From NCBI GenBank assembly GCA_964016885.1, contig OZ024757.1, positions 496,001-560,000 of the forward strand: a DNA stretch of 64,000 nucleotides, given 5' to 3'. The position numbers and the translations under genes are program-made. The first letter of the stretch is position 1; the number at the start of each line of letters is the position of its first letter. This DNA is from Eledone cirrhosa. Its lineage: Eukaryota. The notes under the pieces are model-generated. The model saw nothing but the letters and a program-made list of their open reading frames with translations, was not told the DNA's origin and did no database searches. Shown here piece by piece: positions 35,311 to 50,200 of the stretch.

Positions 35311-38300
35311 GATAGTGACATTGGGGTGGAGACAATAGTTACTAGGGTGAAGATAGTGACATTGGGGTGAAGTCAGTAGCTACTAGGGTCAGATAGTGAC
35401 ATTGGGGTGAGATAGAGACATTGGGGTGTAGACAATAGTTACTAGGGTGAGATAGTATCATTAGGGTGAAGACAGTAGATACTAGATTGAGATAGTGATC
35501 TTGGGGTGAAGACAATAGCTACTAGGGTGCGATATATGACATTATGGTGAAGACAATAGCTACTCGGGTGAGAGAGTGACATTGGTGTGAAGACATTAGC
35601 TACTTGGGTGAGATAGTGACATTGGGGTGACAACAGTAGCTACTAGGGTGAGATAGTGACATTGGGGTGAAGACAATAGCTACTAGGGTGAGATAGTGAC
35701 ATTGGTGTGAAGACAGTAGCTACTAGGGTAAGATAGTGACATTGGGGTGACAAGAGTAGCTACTTGGGTGAGATAATGACATTGGGGTGAAGACAATAGC
35801 TACTAGGGTGAAATAGTGACATTGGGGTGAAGACAATAACTACTAGGGTGAGATAGTGACATTGGTGTGAAGACAGTAGCTACTAGGGTGAGATAGTGAC
35901 ATTGGGGTGAAGACAGTAGCTACTAGGGTGAGATAGTGACATTGGGGTGAAGACAGTAGCTACTAGGGTGAGATAGTGACATTGGGGTGAAGATTAGCTA
36001 CTAGGGTGAGATAGTGACATTGGGGTAAAGAGAGTAGCTACTAGGGTGAGATAGTGACATTGGGGTGGAGAAAATAGCTACTAGGGTGATAGAGTGACAT
36101 TGGTGTGAAGACATTAGCTACTAGGGTGAGATAGGGACATTGGGGTGACAACAGTAGCTACTAGGGTGAGATAGTGACATTGGGGTGACAACAGTAGCTA
36201 CTAGGGTTAGATAGTGACATTAGGGTGAATACATTAGCTACTAGGGTGAGATAATGACATTGGGGTGAAGACAATAGCTACTAGGGTGAGATAGTGACAT
36301 TGGGGTGAAGACAATATCTACTAGGGTGAGATAGTGACATTGGGGTGAAGACAGTAGCTATTTGGGTGAGATAGTGACATTGGGGTGAAGACACTAGCTA
36401 CTAGGGTGAGATAGTGACATTGCGGTGGAGACAGTAGCTACTAGGGCGAGATAGTGACATTTGATTGAAGACAATAGCTACTAGGGTGAGATAGTGACAT
36501 TAGGGTGAATACAGTAACTACTAGGGTGAGATATTGACATTGGGGTGAAGACAGTAACTACTAGGGTGAGATAGTGACATTGGGGTAAAGAGAGTAGCTA
36601 CGAGGGTGAGATAGTGACATTGGGCTGAAGAAAATAGCTACTAGGGTGAGAGAGTGACATTGGTGTGAAGACATTAGCTACTAGGGTGAGATAGGGACAT
36701 TGGGGTGACAACAGTAGCTACTAGGGTGAGATAGTGACATGAGGGTGAATACATTAGCTACTAGGGTGAGATAATGACATTGGGGTGAAGACAATAGCTA
36801 CTAGGGTGAGATAGTGACATTGGGGTGAAGACAATAGCTACTAGGGTGAGATAGTGACATTGGGCTGAAGACAGTAGGTATTTGGGTGAGATAGTGACAT
36901 TGGGGTGGAGACACTAGCTACTAGGGTGAGATAGTGACATTGGGGTGGAGACGGTAGCTACTAGGGTGAGATAGTGACATTAGGGTCAAGAATGTAGCTA
37001 CTAGGGTGGGATAGTGACATTGGGTTGAAGACAATAGCTACTAGGGTGAGATAGTGACATTTGGGTGAATACAGTAACTACTAGGGTGAGATAGTGACAT
37101 TGGGGTGAAGACAGTAACTAGTAGGGTGAGATAGTGACATTGGGGTAAAGAGAGTAGCTACTAGGGTGAGATAGTGACATTGGGGTGGAGAAAATAGCTA
37201 GTAGGGTGGGATAGTGACATTGGCTTGAAGACAATAGCTACTAGGGTGAGATAGTGACATTAGGGTGATTACAGTAACTACTAGGGTGAGATAGTGACAT
37301 TGGGGTGAAGACAGTAACTACTAGGGTGAAATAGTGACATTGGGGTAAAGAGAGTAGCTACTAGGGTGAGATATTGACATCGGGGTGGAGAAAATAGCTA
37401 CTAGGGTGAGAGAGTGACATTGGTGTGAAGACAGTAGCTACTAGTGTGAGATAGTGACATTGGTGTGAAGACAGTAGCTACTAGGGTGAGATAGTGACAT
37501 TGGTGTGAAGACAGTAGCTACTAGGGTGAGATAGTGAGATTGGGGTGAAGACTAGCTACTAGGTTGAGATAGTGACATTGGTTGCAAGACAATAGCTACT
37601 AGGGTGAGATAGTGACATTGGGGTGACAACAGTAGCTACTAGGGTGAGATAGTGACATTGGGGTGAAAACAGTAGCTACTTGGGTGAGATAATGACATTG
37701 GGGTGAAGACAATAGCTACTTGGGTGAGATAGTGACATTGGGGTGACAACAGTAGCTACTAGGGTGAGATAGTGAGATTGGGGTGAAGACAGTAGCTACT
37801 GGGTGAGATAGTGACATTGGGATGAAGACAGAAGCTACTAGGTTGTGATAGTGACATTAGGGTGACAACAGTAGCTACTAGGGTGAGATAGTGACATTAG
37901 GGTGAAGACAATAGCTACTAGGGTGAGATAGTGACATTAGGGTGAATACAGTAACTACTAGGGTGAGATAATGACATTGAGGTGAAGACAGTAACTACTA
38001 GAGTGAGGTAGTGACATTGGGGTAAAGAGAGTAGCTACTAGGGTGAGAGAGTGACATTGGTGTGAAGACATTAGCTACTAGGGTGAGATAGTGACATTGG
38101 AGTGAAGACAGTAGCTACTAGTGTGAGATAGTGACATTGGTGTGAAGACAGTAGCTACTAGGGTGAGATAGGGACATTGGGGTGACAACAGTAGCTACTA
38201 GGGTGAGATATGACATTGGTGTGAAGACAGTAGCTACTAGTGTAAGATAGTGACATTGGGGTGACAACAGTAGCTACTAGGGTGAGATAGTGACATTGGG

Positions 38301-41249
38301 GTGAAGACAAAAGCTACTAGGGTGAGATAGTGACATTGGTGTGAAGACAGTAGCTACTAGGGTAAGATAGTGACATTGGGGTGACAACAGTAGCTACTTG
38401 GGTGAGATAATGACATTGGGGTGAAGACAATAGCTACTAGGGTGAGATAGTGACATTGGGGTGAAGACAATAGCTACTAGGGTGAGATAGTGACATTGGT
38501 GTGAAGACAGTAGCTACTAGGGTGAGATAGTGACATTGGGGTGAAGACAGTAGCTACTAGGGTGAGATAGTGACATTGGGGTGAAGACTAGCTACTAGGG
38601 TGAGATAGTGACATTGGAGTGAAGACAGTAGCTACTAGGGTGAGATAGGGACATTGGGGTGACAACAGTAGCTACTAGGGTTAGATAGTGACATTAGGGT
38701 GAATACATTAGCTACTAGGGTGAGATAATGACATTGGGGTGAAGACAATAGCTACTAGGGTGAGATAGTGACATTGGGGTGAAGACAATAGCTACTAGGG
38801 TGAGATAGTGACATTGGGGTGAAGACAGTAGCTATTTGGGTGAGATAGTGACATTGGGGTGAAGACACTAGCTACTAGGGTGAGATAGTGACATTGGGGT
38901 GAAGACAGTAACTACTAGGGTGAGATAGTGACATTGGGGTGAAGACAGTAACTACTAGGGTGAGATAGTGACATTGGGGTAAAGAGAGTAGCTACTAGGG
39001 TGAGATAGTGACATTGGGCTGAAGAAAATAGCTACTAGGGTTAGAGAGTGACATTGGTGTGAAGACATTAGCTACTAGGGTGAGATAGGGACATTGGGGT
39101 GACAACAGTAGCTACTAGGGTGAGATAGTGACATTGGGGTGACAACAGTAGCTACTAGGGTGAGATAGTGACATTGGGGTGAAGACAGTAGCTACTGGGT
39201 GAGATAGTGAGATTGGGATGAAGCCAGAAGCTACTAGGTTGTGCTAGTGACATTAGGGTGGAGACAGTAGCTACTAGGGTGAGAGAGTGACATTGGTGTG
39301 AAGACATTAGCTACTAGGGTGAGATTGTGACATTGGGGTGAAGACAGTAGCTACTAGTGTGAGATAGGGACATTGGGGTGACAACAGTAGCTACTAGGGT
39401 GAGATAGTGACATCGGTGTGAAGAGAGTAGCTACTAGGGTGAGTTAGTGACATTGGTGTGAAGGCAGTAGCTACTAGGGTGAGATAGTGAGATTGGAGTG
39501 AAGACTAGCTACTAGGGTGAGATAGTGACATTGGTTGGAAGACAATAGCTACTAGGGTGAGATAGTGACATTGGTTGGAAGACAATAGCTACTAGGGTGA
39601 GATAGTGACATTGGGGTGACAACAGTAGCTACTAGGGTGAGATAGTGACCTTGGGGTGAATACAGTAGCTACTAGGGTGAGATAGTGACATTGGTGTGAA
39701 GACAGTAGCTACTAGGGTGAGATAGTGACATTGGTGTGAAGACAGTAGCTACTAGGTTAAGATAGTGACATTGGGGTGACAACAGTAGCTACTTGGGTGA
39801 GATAATGACATTGGGGTGAAGACAATAGCTACTAGGGTGAGATAGTGACATTGGGGTGAAGACAATAGCTACTAGAGTGAGATAGTGACATTGGGGTGAA
39901 GACAGTAGCTACTAGGGTGAGATAGTGACATTGAGGTGAAGACTAGCTACTAGTGTGAGATAGTGACATTGGGGTGAAGACAGTAGCTACTAGGGTGAGA
40001 TAGTGACATTGGTGTGAAGACAGTAGCTACTAAGGTGAGATAGTGACATTGGGGTGAAGACAGTAGCTACTAGAGTGAGATAGTGACATTAGGGTGAAGA
40101 CAGTAGCAACTAGGGTGAGATAGTGACATTAGAGTGAAGACAGTAGTTACTAGGGTGAGATAGTGACATTGGGGTGGAGACAATAGTTACTAGGGTGAGA
40201 TAGTGACATTGGGGTGAAGACAGTAGCTACTTGGGTCAGATAGTGACATTGGGGTGAGATAGAGATATTGGGGTGTAGACAATAGTTACTAGGGTGAGAT
40301 AGTATCATTAGGGTGAGGACAGTAGATACTAGAGTGCGATAGATGACAATATGGTGAAGACAATAGCTACTCGGGTGAGAGAGTGACATTGGTGTGAAGA
40401 CATTAGCTACTTGGGTGAGATAGTGACATTGGGGTGAAGACAATAGCTACTAGGGTGAGATAGTGACATTGTGGTGAAGACAGTAGCTATTTGGGTGAGA
40501 TAGTGACATTGGGGTGAAGACACTAGCTACTAGGGTGAGATAGTGACATTGGTGTGAAGACAGTAGCTACTAGGGTAAGATAGTGACATTGGGGTAACAA
40601 CAGTAGGTACTTGGGTGAGATAATGACATTGGGGTGAAGACAATAGCTACTAGGGTGAGATAGTGACATTGGGGTGAAGACAATAGCTACTAGGGTGAGA
40701 TAGTGACATTGGTGTGAAGACAGTAGCTACTAGGGTGAGATAGTGACATTGGGGTGAAGACAGTAGCTACTAGGGTGAGATAGTGACATTGGGGTGAAGA
40801 CTAGCTACTAGGGTGAGATAGTGACATTGGGGTGAAGACAGTAGCTACTAGGGTGAGATAGGGATATTGGGGTGACAACAGTAGCTACTAGGGTTAGATA
40901 GTGACATTAGGGTGAATACATTAGCTACTAGGGTGAGATAATGACATTGGGGTGAAGACAATAGCTACTAGGGTGAGATAGTGACATTGGGGTGAAGACA
41001 ATAGCTACTAGGGTGAGATAGTGACATTGGGGTGAAGACAGTAGCTATTTGGGTGAGATAGTGACATTGGGGTGAAGACACTAGCTACTAGGGTGAGATA
41101 GTGACATTGGGGTGGAGACAGTAGCTACTAGGGCGAGATAGTGACATTTGATTGAAGACAATAGCTACTAGGGTGAGATAGTGACATTAGGGTGAATACA
41201 GTAACTACTAGGGTGAGATAGTGACATTGGGGTGAAGACAGTAGCTACT

Positions 41250-44200
41250 TGGGTCAGATAGTGACATTGGGGTAAAGAGAGTAGCTACTAGGGTGAGATA
41301 GTGACATTGGGCTGAAGAAAATAGCTACTAGGGTTAGAGAGTGACATTGGTGTGAAGACATTAGCTACTAGGGTGAGATAGGGACATTGGGGTGACAACA
41401 GTAGCTACTAGGGTGAGATAGTGACATTGGGGTGACAACAGTAGCTACTAGGGTTAGATAGTGACATTAGGGTGAATACATTAGCTACTAGGGTGAGATA
41501 ATGACATTGGGGTGAAGACAATAGCTACTAGGGTGAGATAGTGACATTGGGGTGAAGACAATAGCTACTAGGGTGAGATAGTGACATTGGGGTGAAGACA
41601 GTAGCTACTAGGGTGAGATAGTGACATTGGGGTGAAGACAGTAACTACTAGGGTGAGATAGTGACATTGGGGTGAAGACAGTAACTACTAGGGTGAGATA
41701 GTGACATTGGGGTAAAGAGAGTAGCTACTAGGGTGAGATAGTGACATTGGGCTGAAGAAAATAGCTACTAGGGTTAGAGAGTGACATTGGTGTGAAGACA
41801 TTAGCTACTAGGGTGAGATAGGGACATTGGGGTGACAACAGTAGCTACTAGGGTGAGATAGTGACATTGGGGTGACAACAGTAGCTACTAGGGTGAGATA
41901 GTGACATTGGGGTGAAGACAGTAGCTACTGGGTGAGATAGTGAGATTGGGATGAAGCCAGAAGCTACTAGGTTGTGCTAGTGACATTAGGGTGGAGACAG
42001 TAGCTACTAGGGTGAGAGAGTGACATTGGTGTGAAGACATTAGCTACTAGGGTGAGATTGTGACATTGGGGTGAAGACAGTAGCTACTAGTGTGAGATAG
42101 GGACATTGGGGTGACAACAGTAGCTACTAGGGTGAGATAGTGACATCGGTGTGAAGAGAGTAGCTACTAGGGTGAGTTAGTGACATTGGTGTGAAGGCAG
42201 TAGCTACTAGGGTGAGATAGTGAGATTGGAGTGAAGACTAGCTACTAGGGTGAGATAGTGACATTGGTTGGAAGACAATAGCTACTAGGGTGAGATAGTG
42301 ACATTGGTTGGAAGACAATAGCTACTAGGGTGAGATAGTGACATTGGGGTGACAACAGTAGCTACTAGGGTGAGATAGTGACCTTGGGGTGAATACAGTA
42401 GCTACTAGGGTGAGATAGTGACATTGGTGTGAAGACAGTAGCTACTAGGGTGAGATAGTGACATTGGTGTGAAGACAGTAGCTACTAGGTTAAGATAGTG
42501 ACATTGGGGTGACAACAGTAGCTACTTGGGTGAGATAATGACATTGGGGTGAAGACAATAGCTACTAGGGTGAGATAGTGACATTGGGGTGAAGACAATA
42601 GCTACTAGAGTGAGATAGTGACATTGGGGTGAAGACAGTAGCTACTAGGGTGAGATAGTGACATTGAGGTGAAGACTAGCTACTAGTGTGAGATAGTGAC
42701 ATTGGGGTGAAGACAGTAGCTACTAAGGTGAGATAGTGACATTGGGGTGAAGACAGTAGCTACTAGAGTGAGATAGTGACATTAGGGTGAAGACAGTAGC
42801 AACTAGGGTGAGATAGTGACATTAGAGTGAAGACAGTAGTTACTAGGGTGAGATAGTGACATTGGGGTGGAGACAATAGTTACTAGGGTGAGATAGTGAC
42901 ATTGGGGTGAAGACAGTAGCTACTTGGGTCAGATAGTGACATTGGGGTGAGATAGAGATATTGGGGTGTAGACAATAGTTACTAGGGTGAGATAGTATCA
43001 TTAGGGTGAGGACAGTAGATACTAGAGTGCGATAGATGACAATATGGTGAAGACAATAGCTACTCGGGTGAGAGAGTGACATTGGTGTGAAGACATTAGC
43101 TACTTGGGTGAGATAGTGACATTGGGGTGAAGACAATAGCTACTAGGGTGAGATAGTGACATTGTGGTGAAGACAGTAGCTATTTGGGTGAGATAGTGAC
43201 ATTGGGGTGAAGACACTAGCTACTAGGGTGAGATAGTGACATTGGTGTGAAGACAGTAGCTACTAGGGTAAGATAGTGACATTGGGGTGACAACAGTAGC
43301 TACTTGGGTGAGATAATGACATTGGGGTGAAGACAATAGCTACTAGGGTGAGATAGTGACATTGGGGTGAAGACAATAGCTACTAGGGTGAGATAGTGAC
43401 ATTGGTGTGAAGACAGTAGCTACTAGGGTGAGATAGTGACATTGGGGTGAAGACAGTAGCTACTAGGGTGAGATAGTGACATTGGGGTGAAGACTAGCTA
43501 CTAGGGTGAGATAGTGACATTGGGGTGAAGACAGTAGCTACTAGGGTGAGATAGGGATATTGGGGTGACAACAGTAGCTACTAGGGTTAGATAGTGACAT
43601 TAGGGTGAATACATTAGCTACTAGGGTGAGATAATGACATTGGGGTGAAGACAATAGCTACTAGGGTGAGATAGTTACATTGGGGTGAAGACAATAGCTA
43701 CTAGGGTGAGATAGTGACATTGGGGTGAAGACAGTAGCTATTTGGGTGAGATAGTGACATTGGGGTGAAGACACTAGCTACTAGGGTGAGATAGTGACAT
43801 TGGGGTGGAGACAGTAGCTACTAGGGCGAGATAGTGACATTTGATTGAAGACAATAGCTACTAGGGTGAGATAGTGACATTAGGGTGAATACAGTAACTA
43901 CTAGGGTGAGATAGTGACATTGGGGTGAAGACAGTAGCTACTTGGGTCAGATAGTGACATTGGGGTAAAGAGAGTAGCTACTAGGGTGAGATAGTGACAT
44001 TGGGCTGAAGAAAATAGCTACTAGGGTTAGAGAGTGACATTGGTGTGAAGACATTAGCTACTAGGGTGAGATAGGGACATTGGGGTGACAACAGTAGCTA
44101 CTAGGGTGAGATAGTGACATTGGGGTGACAACAGTAGCTACTAGGGTGAGATAGTGACATTGGGGTGAAGACAGTAGCTACTGGGTGAGATAGTGACATT

Positions 44201-47200
44201 GGGATGAAGCCAGAAGCTACTAGGTTGTGCTAGTGACATTAGGGTGGAGACAGTAGCTACTAGGGTGAGAGAGTGACATTGGTGTGAAGACATTAGCTAC
44301 TAGGGTGAGATTGTGACATTGGGGTGAAGACAGTAGCTACTAGTGTGAGATAGGGACATTGGGGTGACAACAGTAGCTACTAGGGTGAGATAGTGACATC
44401 GGTGTGAAGAGAGTAGCTACTAGGGTGAGTTAGTGACATTGGTGTGAAGGCAGTAGCTACTAGGGTGAGATAGTGAGATTGGAGTGAAGACTAGCTACTA
44501 GGGTGAGATAGTGACATTGGTTGGAAGACAATAGCTACTAGGGTGAGATAGTGACATTGGTTGGAAGACAATAGCTACTAGGGTGAGATAGTGACATTGG
44601 GGTGACAACAGTAGCTACTAGGGTGAGATAGTGACCTTGGGGTGAATACAGTAGCTACTAGGGTGAGATAGTGACATTGGTGTGAAGACAGTAGCTACTA
44701 GGGTGAGATAGTGACATTGGTGTGAAGACAGTAGCTACTAGGTTAAGATAGTGACATTGGGGTGACAACAGTAGCTACTTGGGTGAGATAATGACATTGG
44801 GGTGAAGACAATAGCTACTAGGGTGAGATAGTGACATTGGGGTGAAGACAATAGCTACTAGAGTGAGATAGTGACATTGGTTTGAAGACAGTAGCTACTA
44901 GGGTGAGATAGTGACATTGGGGTGAAGACAGTAGCTACTAGGGTGAGATAGTGACATTGGGGTGAAGACTAGCTACTAGTGTGAGATAGTGACATTGGGG
45001 TGAAGACAGTAGCTACTAGGGTGAGATAGTGACATTGGTGTGAAGACAGTAGCTACTAAGGTGAGATAGTGACATTGGGGTGAAGACAGTAGCTACTAGG
45101 GTGAGATAGTGACATTAGGGTGAAGACAGTAGCTACTAGGGTGAGATAGTGACATTAGAGTGAAGACAGTAGTTACTAGGGTGAGATAGTGACATTGGGG
45201 TGGAGACAATAGTTACTAGGGTGAGATAGTGACATTGGGGTGAAGACAGTAGCTACTTGGGTCAGATAGTGACATTGGGGTGAGATAGAGATATTGGGGT
45301 GTAGACAATAGTTACTAGGGTGAGATAGTATCATTAGGGTGAGGACAGTAGATACTAGAGTGCGATAGATGACAATATGGTGAAGACAATAGCTACTCGG
45401 GTGAGAGAGTGACATTGGTGTGAAGACATTAGCTACTTGGGTGAGATAGTGACATTGGGGTGAAGACAATAGCTACTAGGGTGAGATAGTGACATTGTGG
45501 TGAAGACAGTAGCTATTTGGGTGAGATAGTGACATTGGGGTGAAGACACTAGCTACTAGGGTGAGATAGTGACATTGGTGTGAAGACAGTAGCTACTAGG
45601 GTAAGATAGTGACATTGGGGTGACAACAGTAGCTACTTGGGTGAGATAATGACATTGGGGTGAAGACAATAGCTACTAGGGTGAGATAGTGACATTGGGG
45701 TGAAGACAATAGCTACTAGGGTGAGATAGTGACATTGGTGTGAAGACAGTAGCTACTAGGGTGAGATAGTGACATTGGGGTGAAGACAGTAGCTACTAGG
45801 GTGAGATAGTGACATTGGGGTGAAGACTAGCTACTAGGGTGAGATAGTGACATTGGGGTGAAGACAGTAGCTACTAGGGTGAGATAGGGACATTGGGGTG
45901 ACAACAGTAGCTACTAGGGTTAGATAGTGACATTAGGGTGAATACATTAGCTACTAGGGTGAGATAATGACATTGGGGTGAAGACAATAGCTACTAGGGT
46001 GAGATAGTGACATTGGGGTGAAGACAATAGCTACTAGGGTGAGATAGTGACATTGGGGTGAAGACAGTAGCTATTTGGGTGAGATAGTGACATTGGGGTG
46101 AAGGCACTAGCTACTAGGGTGAGATAGTGACATTGGGGTGGAGACAGTAGCTACTAGGGCGAGATAGTGACATTTGATTGAAGACAATAACTACTAGGGT
46201 GAGATAGTGACATTAGGGTGAATACAGTAACTACTAGGGTGAGATAGTGACATTGGGGTGAAGACAGTAGCTACTTGGGTCAGATAGTGACATTGGGGTA
46301 AAGAGAGTAGCTACTAGGGTGAGATAGTGACATTGGGCTGAAGAAAATAGCTACTAGGGTTAGAGAGTGACATTGGTGTGAAGACATTAGCTACTAGGGT
46401 GAGATAGGGACATTGGGGTGACAACAGTAGTTACTAGGGTGAGATAGTGACATTGGGGTGACAACAGTAGCTACTAGGGTTAGATAGTGACATTAGGGTG
46501 AATACATTAGCTACTAGGGTGAGATAATGACATTGGGGTGAAGACAATAGCTACTAGGGTGAGATAGTGACATTGGGGTGAAGACAATAGCTACTAGGGT
46601 GAGATAGTGACATTGGGGTGAAGACAGTAGCTACTAGGGTGAGATAGTGACATTGGGGTGAAGACAGTAACTACTAGGGTGAGATAGTGACATTGGGGTG
46701 AAGACAGTAACTACTAGGGTGAGATAGTGACATTGGGGTAAAGAGAGTAGCTACTAGGGTGAGATAGTGACATTGGGCTGAAGAAAATAGCTACTAGGGT
46801 TAGAGAGTGACATTGGTGTGAAGACATTAGCTACTAGGGTGAGATAGGGACATTGGGGTGACAACAGTAGCTACTAGGGTGAGATAGTGACATTGGGGTG
46901 ACAACAGTAGCTACTAGGGTGAGATAGTGACATTGGGGTGAAGACAGTAGCTACTGGGTGAGATAGTGAGATTGGGATGAAGCCAGAAGCTACTAGGTTG
47001 TGCTAGTGACATTAGGGTGGAGACAGTAGCTACTAGGGTGAGAGAGTGACATTGGTGTGAAGACATTAGCTACTAGGGTGAGATTGTGACATTGGGGTGA
47101 AGACAGTAGCTACTAGTGTGAGATAGGGACATTGGGGTGACAACAGTAGCTACTAGGGTGAGATAGTGACATCGGTGTGAAGAGAGTAGCTACTAGGGTG

Positions 47201-50200
47201 AGTTAGTGACATTGGTGTGAAGGCAGTAGCTACTAGGGTGAGATAGTGAGATTGGAGTGAAGACTAGCTACTAGGGTGAGATAGTGACATTGGTTGGAAG
47301 ACAATAGCTACTAGGGTGAGATAGTGACATTGGTTGGAAGACAATAGCTACTAGGGTGAGATAGTGACATTGGGGTGACAACAGTAGCTACTAGGGTGAG
47401 ATAGTGACCTTGGGGTGAATACAGTAGCTACTAGGGTGAGATAGTGACATTGGTGTGAAGACAGTAGCTACTAGGGTGAGATAGTGACATTGGTGTGAAG
47501 ACAGTAGCTACTAGGTTAAGATAGTGACATTGGGGTGACAACAGTAGCTACTTGGGTGAGATAATGACATTGGGGTGAAGACAATAGCTACTAGGGTGAG
47601 ATAGTGACATTGGGGTGAAGACAATAGCTACTAGAGTGAGATAGTGACATTGGGGTGAAGACAGTAGCTACTAGGGTGAGATAGTGACATTGAGGTGAAG
47701 ACTAGCTACTAGTGTGAGATAGTGACATTGGGGTGAAGACAGTAGCTACTAAGGTGAGATAGTGACATTGGGGTGAAGACAGTAGCTACTAGAGTGAGAT
47801 AGTGACATTAGGGTGAAGACAGTAGCAACTAGGGTGAGATAGTGACATTAGAGTGAAGACAGTAGTTACTAGGGTGAGATAGTGACATTGGGGTGGAGAC
47901 AATAGTTACTAGGGTGAGATAGTGACATTGGGGTGAAGACAGTAGCTACTTGGGTCAGATAGTGACATTGGGGTGAGATAGAGATATTGGGGTGTAGACA
48001 ATAGTTACTAGGGTGAGATAGTATCATTAGGGTGAGGACAGTAGATACTAGAGTGCGATAGATGACAATATGGTGAAGACAATAGCTACTCGGGTGAGAG
48101 AGTGACATTGGTGTGAAGACATTAGCTACTTGGGTGAGATAGTGACATTGGGGTGAAGACAATAGCTACTAGGGTGAGATAGTGACATTGTGGTGAAGAC
48201 AGTAGCTATTTGGGTGAGATAGTGACATTGGGGTGAAGACACTAGCTACTAGGGTGAGATAGTGACATTGGTGTGAAGACAGTAGCTACTAGGGTAAGAT
48301 AGTGACATTGGGGTGACAACAGTAGCTACTTGGGTGAGATAATGACATTGGGGTGAAGACAATAGCTACTAGGGTGAGATAGTGACATTGGGGTGAAGAC
48401 AATAGCTACTAGGGTGAGATAGTGACATTGGTGTGAAGACAGTAGCTACTAGGGTGAGATAGTGACATTGGGGTGAAGACAGTAGCTACTAGGGTGAGAT
48501 AGTGACATTGGGGTGAAGACTAGCTACTAGGGTGAGATAGTGACATTGGGGTGAAGACAGTAGCTACTAGGGTGAGATAGGGATATTGGGGTGACAACAG
48601 TAGCTACTAGGGTTAGATAGTGACATTAGGGTGAATACATTAGCTACTAGGGTGAGATAATGACATTGGGGTGAAGACAATAGCTACTAGGGTGAGATAG
48701 TGACATTGGGGTGAAGACAATAGCTACTAGGGTGAGATAGTGACATTGGGGTGAAGACAGTAGCTATTTGGGTGAGATAGTGACATTGGGGTGAAGACAC
48801 TAGCTACTAGGGTGAGATAGTGACATTGGGGTGGAGACAGTAGCTACTAGGGCGAGATAGTGACATTTGATTGAAGACAATAGCTACTAGGGTGAGATAG
48901 TGACATTAGGGTGAATACAGTAACTACTAGGGTGAGATAGTGACATTGGGGTGAAGACAGTAGCTACTTGGGTCAGATAGTGACATTGGGGTAAAGAGAG
49001 TAGCTACTAGGGTGAGATAGTGACATTGGGCTGAAGAAAATAGCTACTAGGGTTAGAGAGTGACATTGGTGTGAAGACATTAGCTACTAGGGTGAGATAG
49101 GGACATTGGGGTGACAACAGTAGCTACTAGGGTGAGATAGTGACATTGGGGTGACAACAGTAGCTACTAGGGTGAGATAGTGACATTGGGGTGAAGACAG
49201 TAGCTACTGGGTGAGATAGTGACATTGGGATGAAGCCAGAAGCTACTAGGTTGTGCTAGTGACATTAGGGTGGAGACAGTAGCTACTAGGGTGAGAGAGT
49301 GACATTGGTGTGAAGACATTAGCTACTAGGGTGAGATTGTGACATTGGGGTGAAGACAGTAGCTACTAGTGTGAGATAGGGACATTGGGGTGACAACAGT
49401 AGCTACTAGGGTGAGATAGTGACATCGGTGTGAAGAGAGTAGCTACTAGGGTGAGTTAGTGACATTGGTGTGAAGGCAGTAGCTACTAGGGTGAGATAGT
49501 GAGATTGGAGTGAAGACTAGCTACTAGGGTGAGATAGTGACATTGGTTGGAAGACAATAGCTACTAGGGTGAGATAGTGACATTGGTTGGAAGACAATAG
49601 CTACTAGGGTGAGATAGTGACATTGGGGTGACAACAGTAGCTACTAGGGTGAGATAGTGACCTTGGGGTGAATACAGTAGCTACTAGGGTGAGATAGTGA
49701 CATTGGTGTGAAGACAGTAGCTACTAGGGTGAGATAGTGACATTGGTGTGAAGACAGTAGCTACTAGGTTAAGATAGTGACACTGGGGTGACAACAGTAG
49801 CTACTTGGGTGAGATAATGACATTGGGGTGAAGACAATAGCTACTAGGGTGAGATAGTGACATTGGGGTGAAGACAATAGCTACTAGAGTGAGATAGTGA
49901 CATTGGTTTGAAGACAGTAGCTACTAGGGTGAGATAGTGACATTGGGGTGAAGACAGTAGCTACTAGGGTGAGATAGTGACATTGGGGTGAAGACTAGCT
50001 ACTAGTGTGAGATAGTGACATTGGGGTGAAGACAGTAGCTACTAGGGTGAGATAGTGACATTGGTGTGAAGACAGTAGCTACTAAGGTGAGATAGTGACA
50101 TTGGGGTGAAGACAGTAGCTACTAGGGTGAGATAGTGACATTAGGGTGAAGACAGTAGCTACTAGGGTGAGATAGTGACATTAGAGTGAAGACAGTAGTT

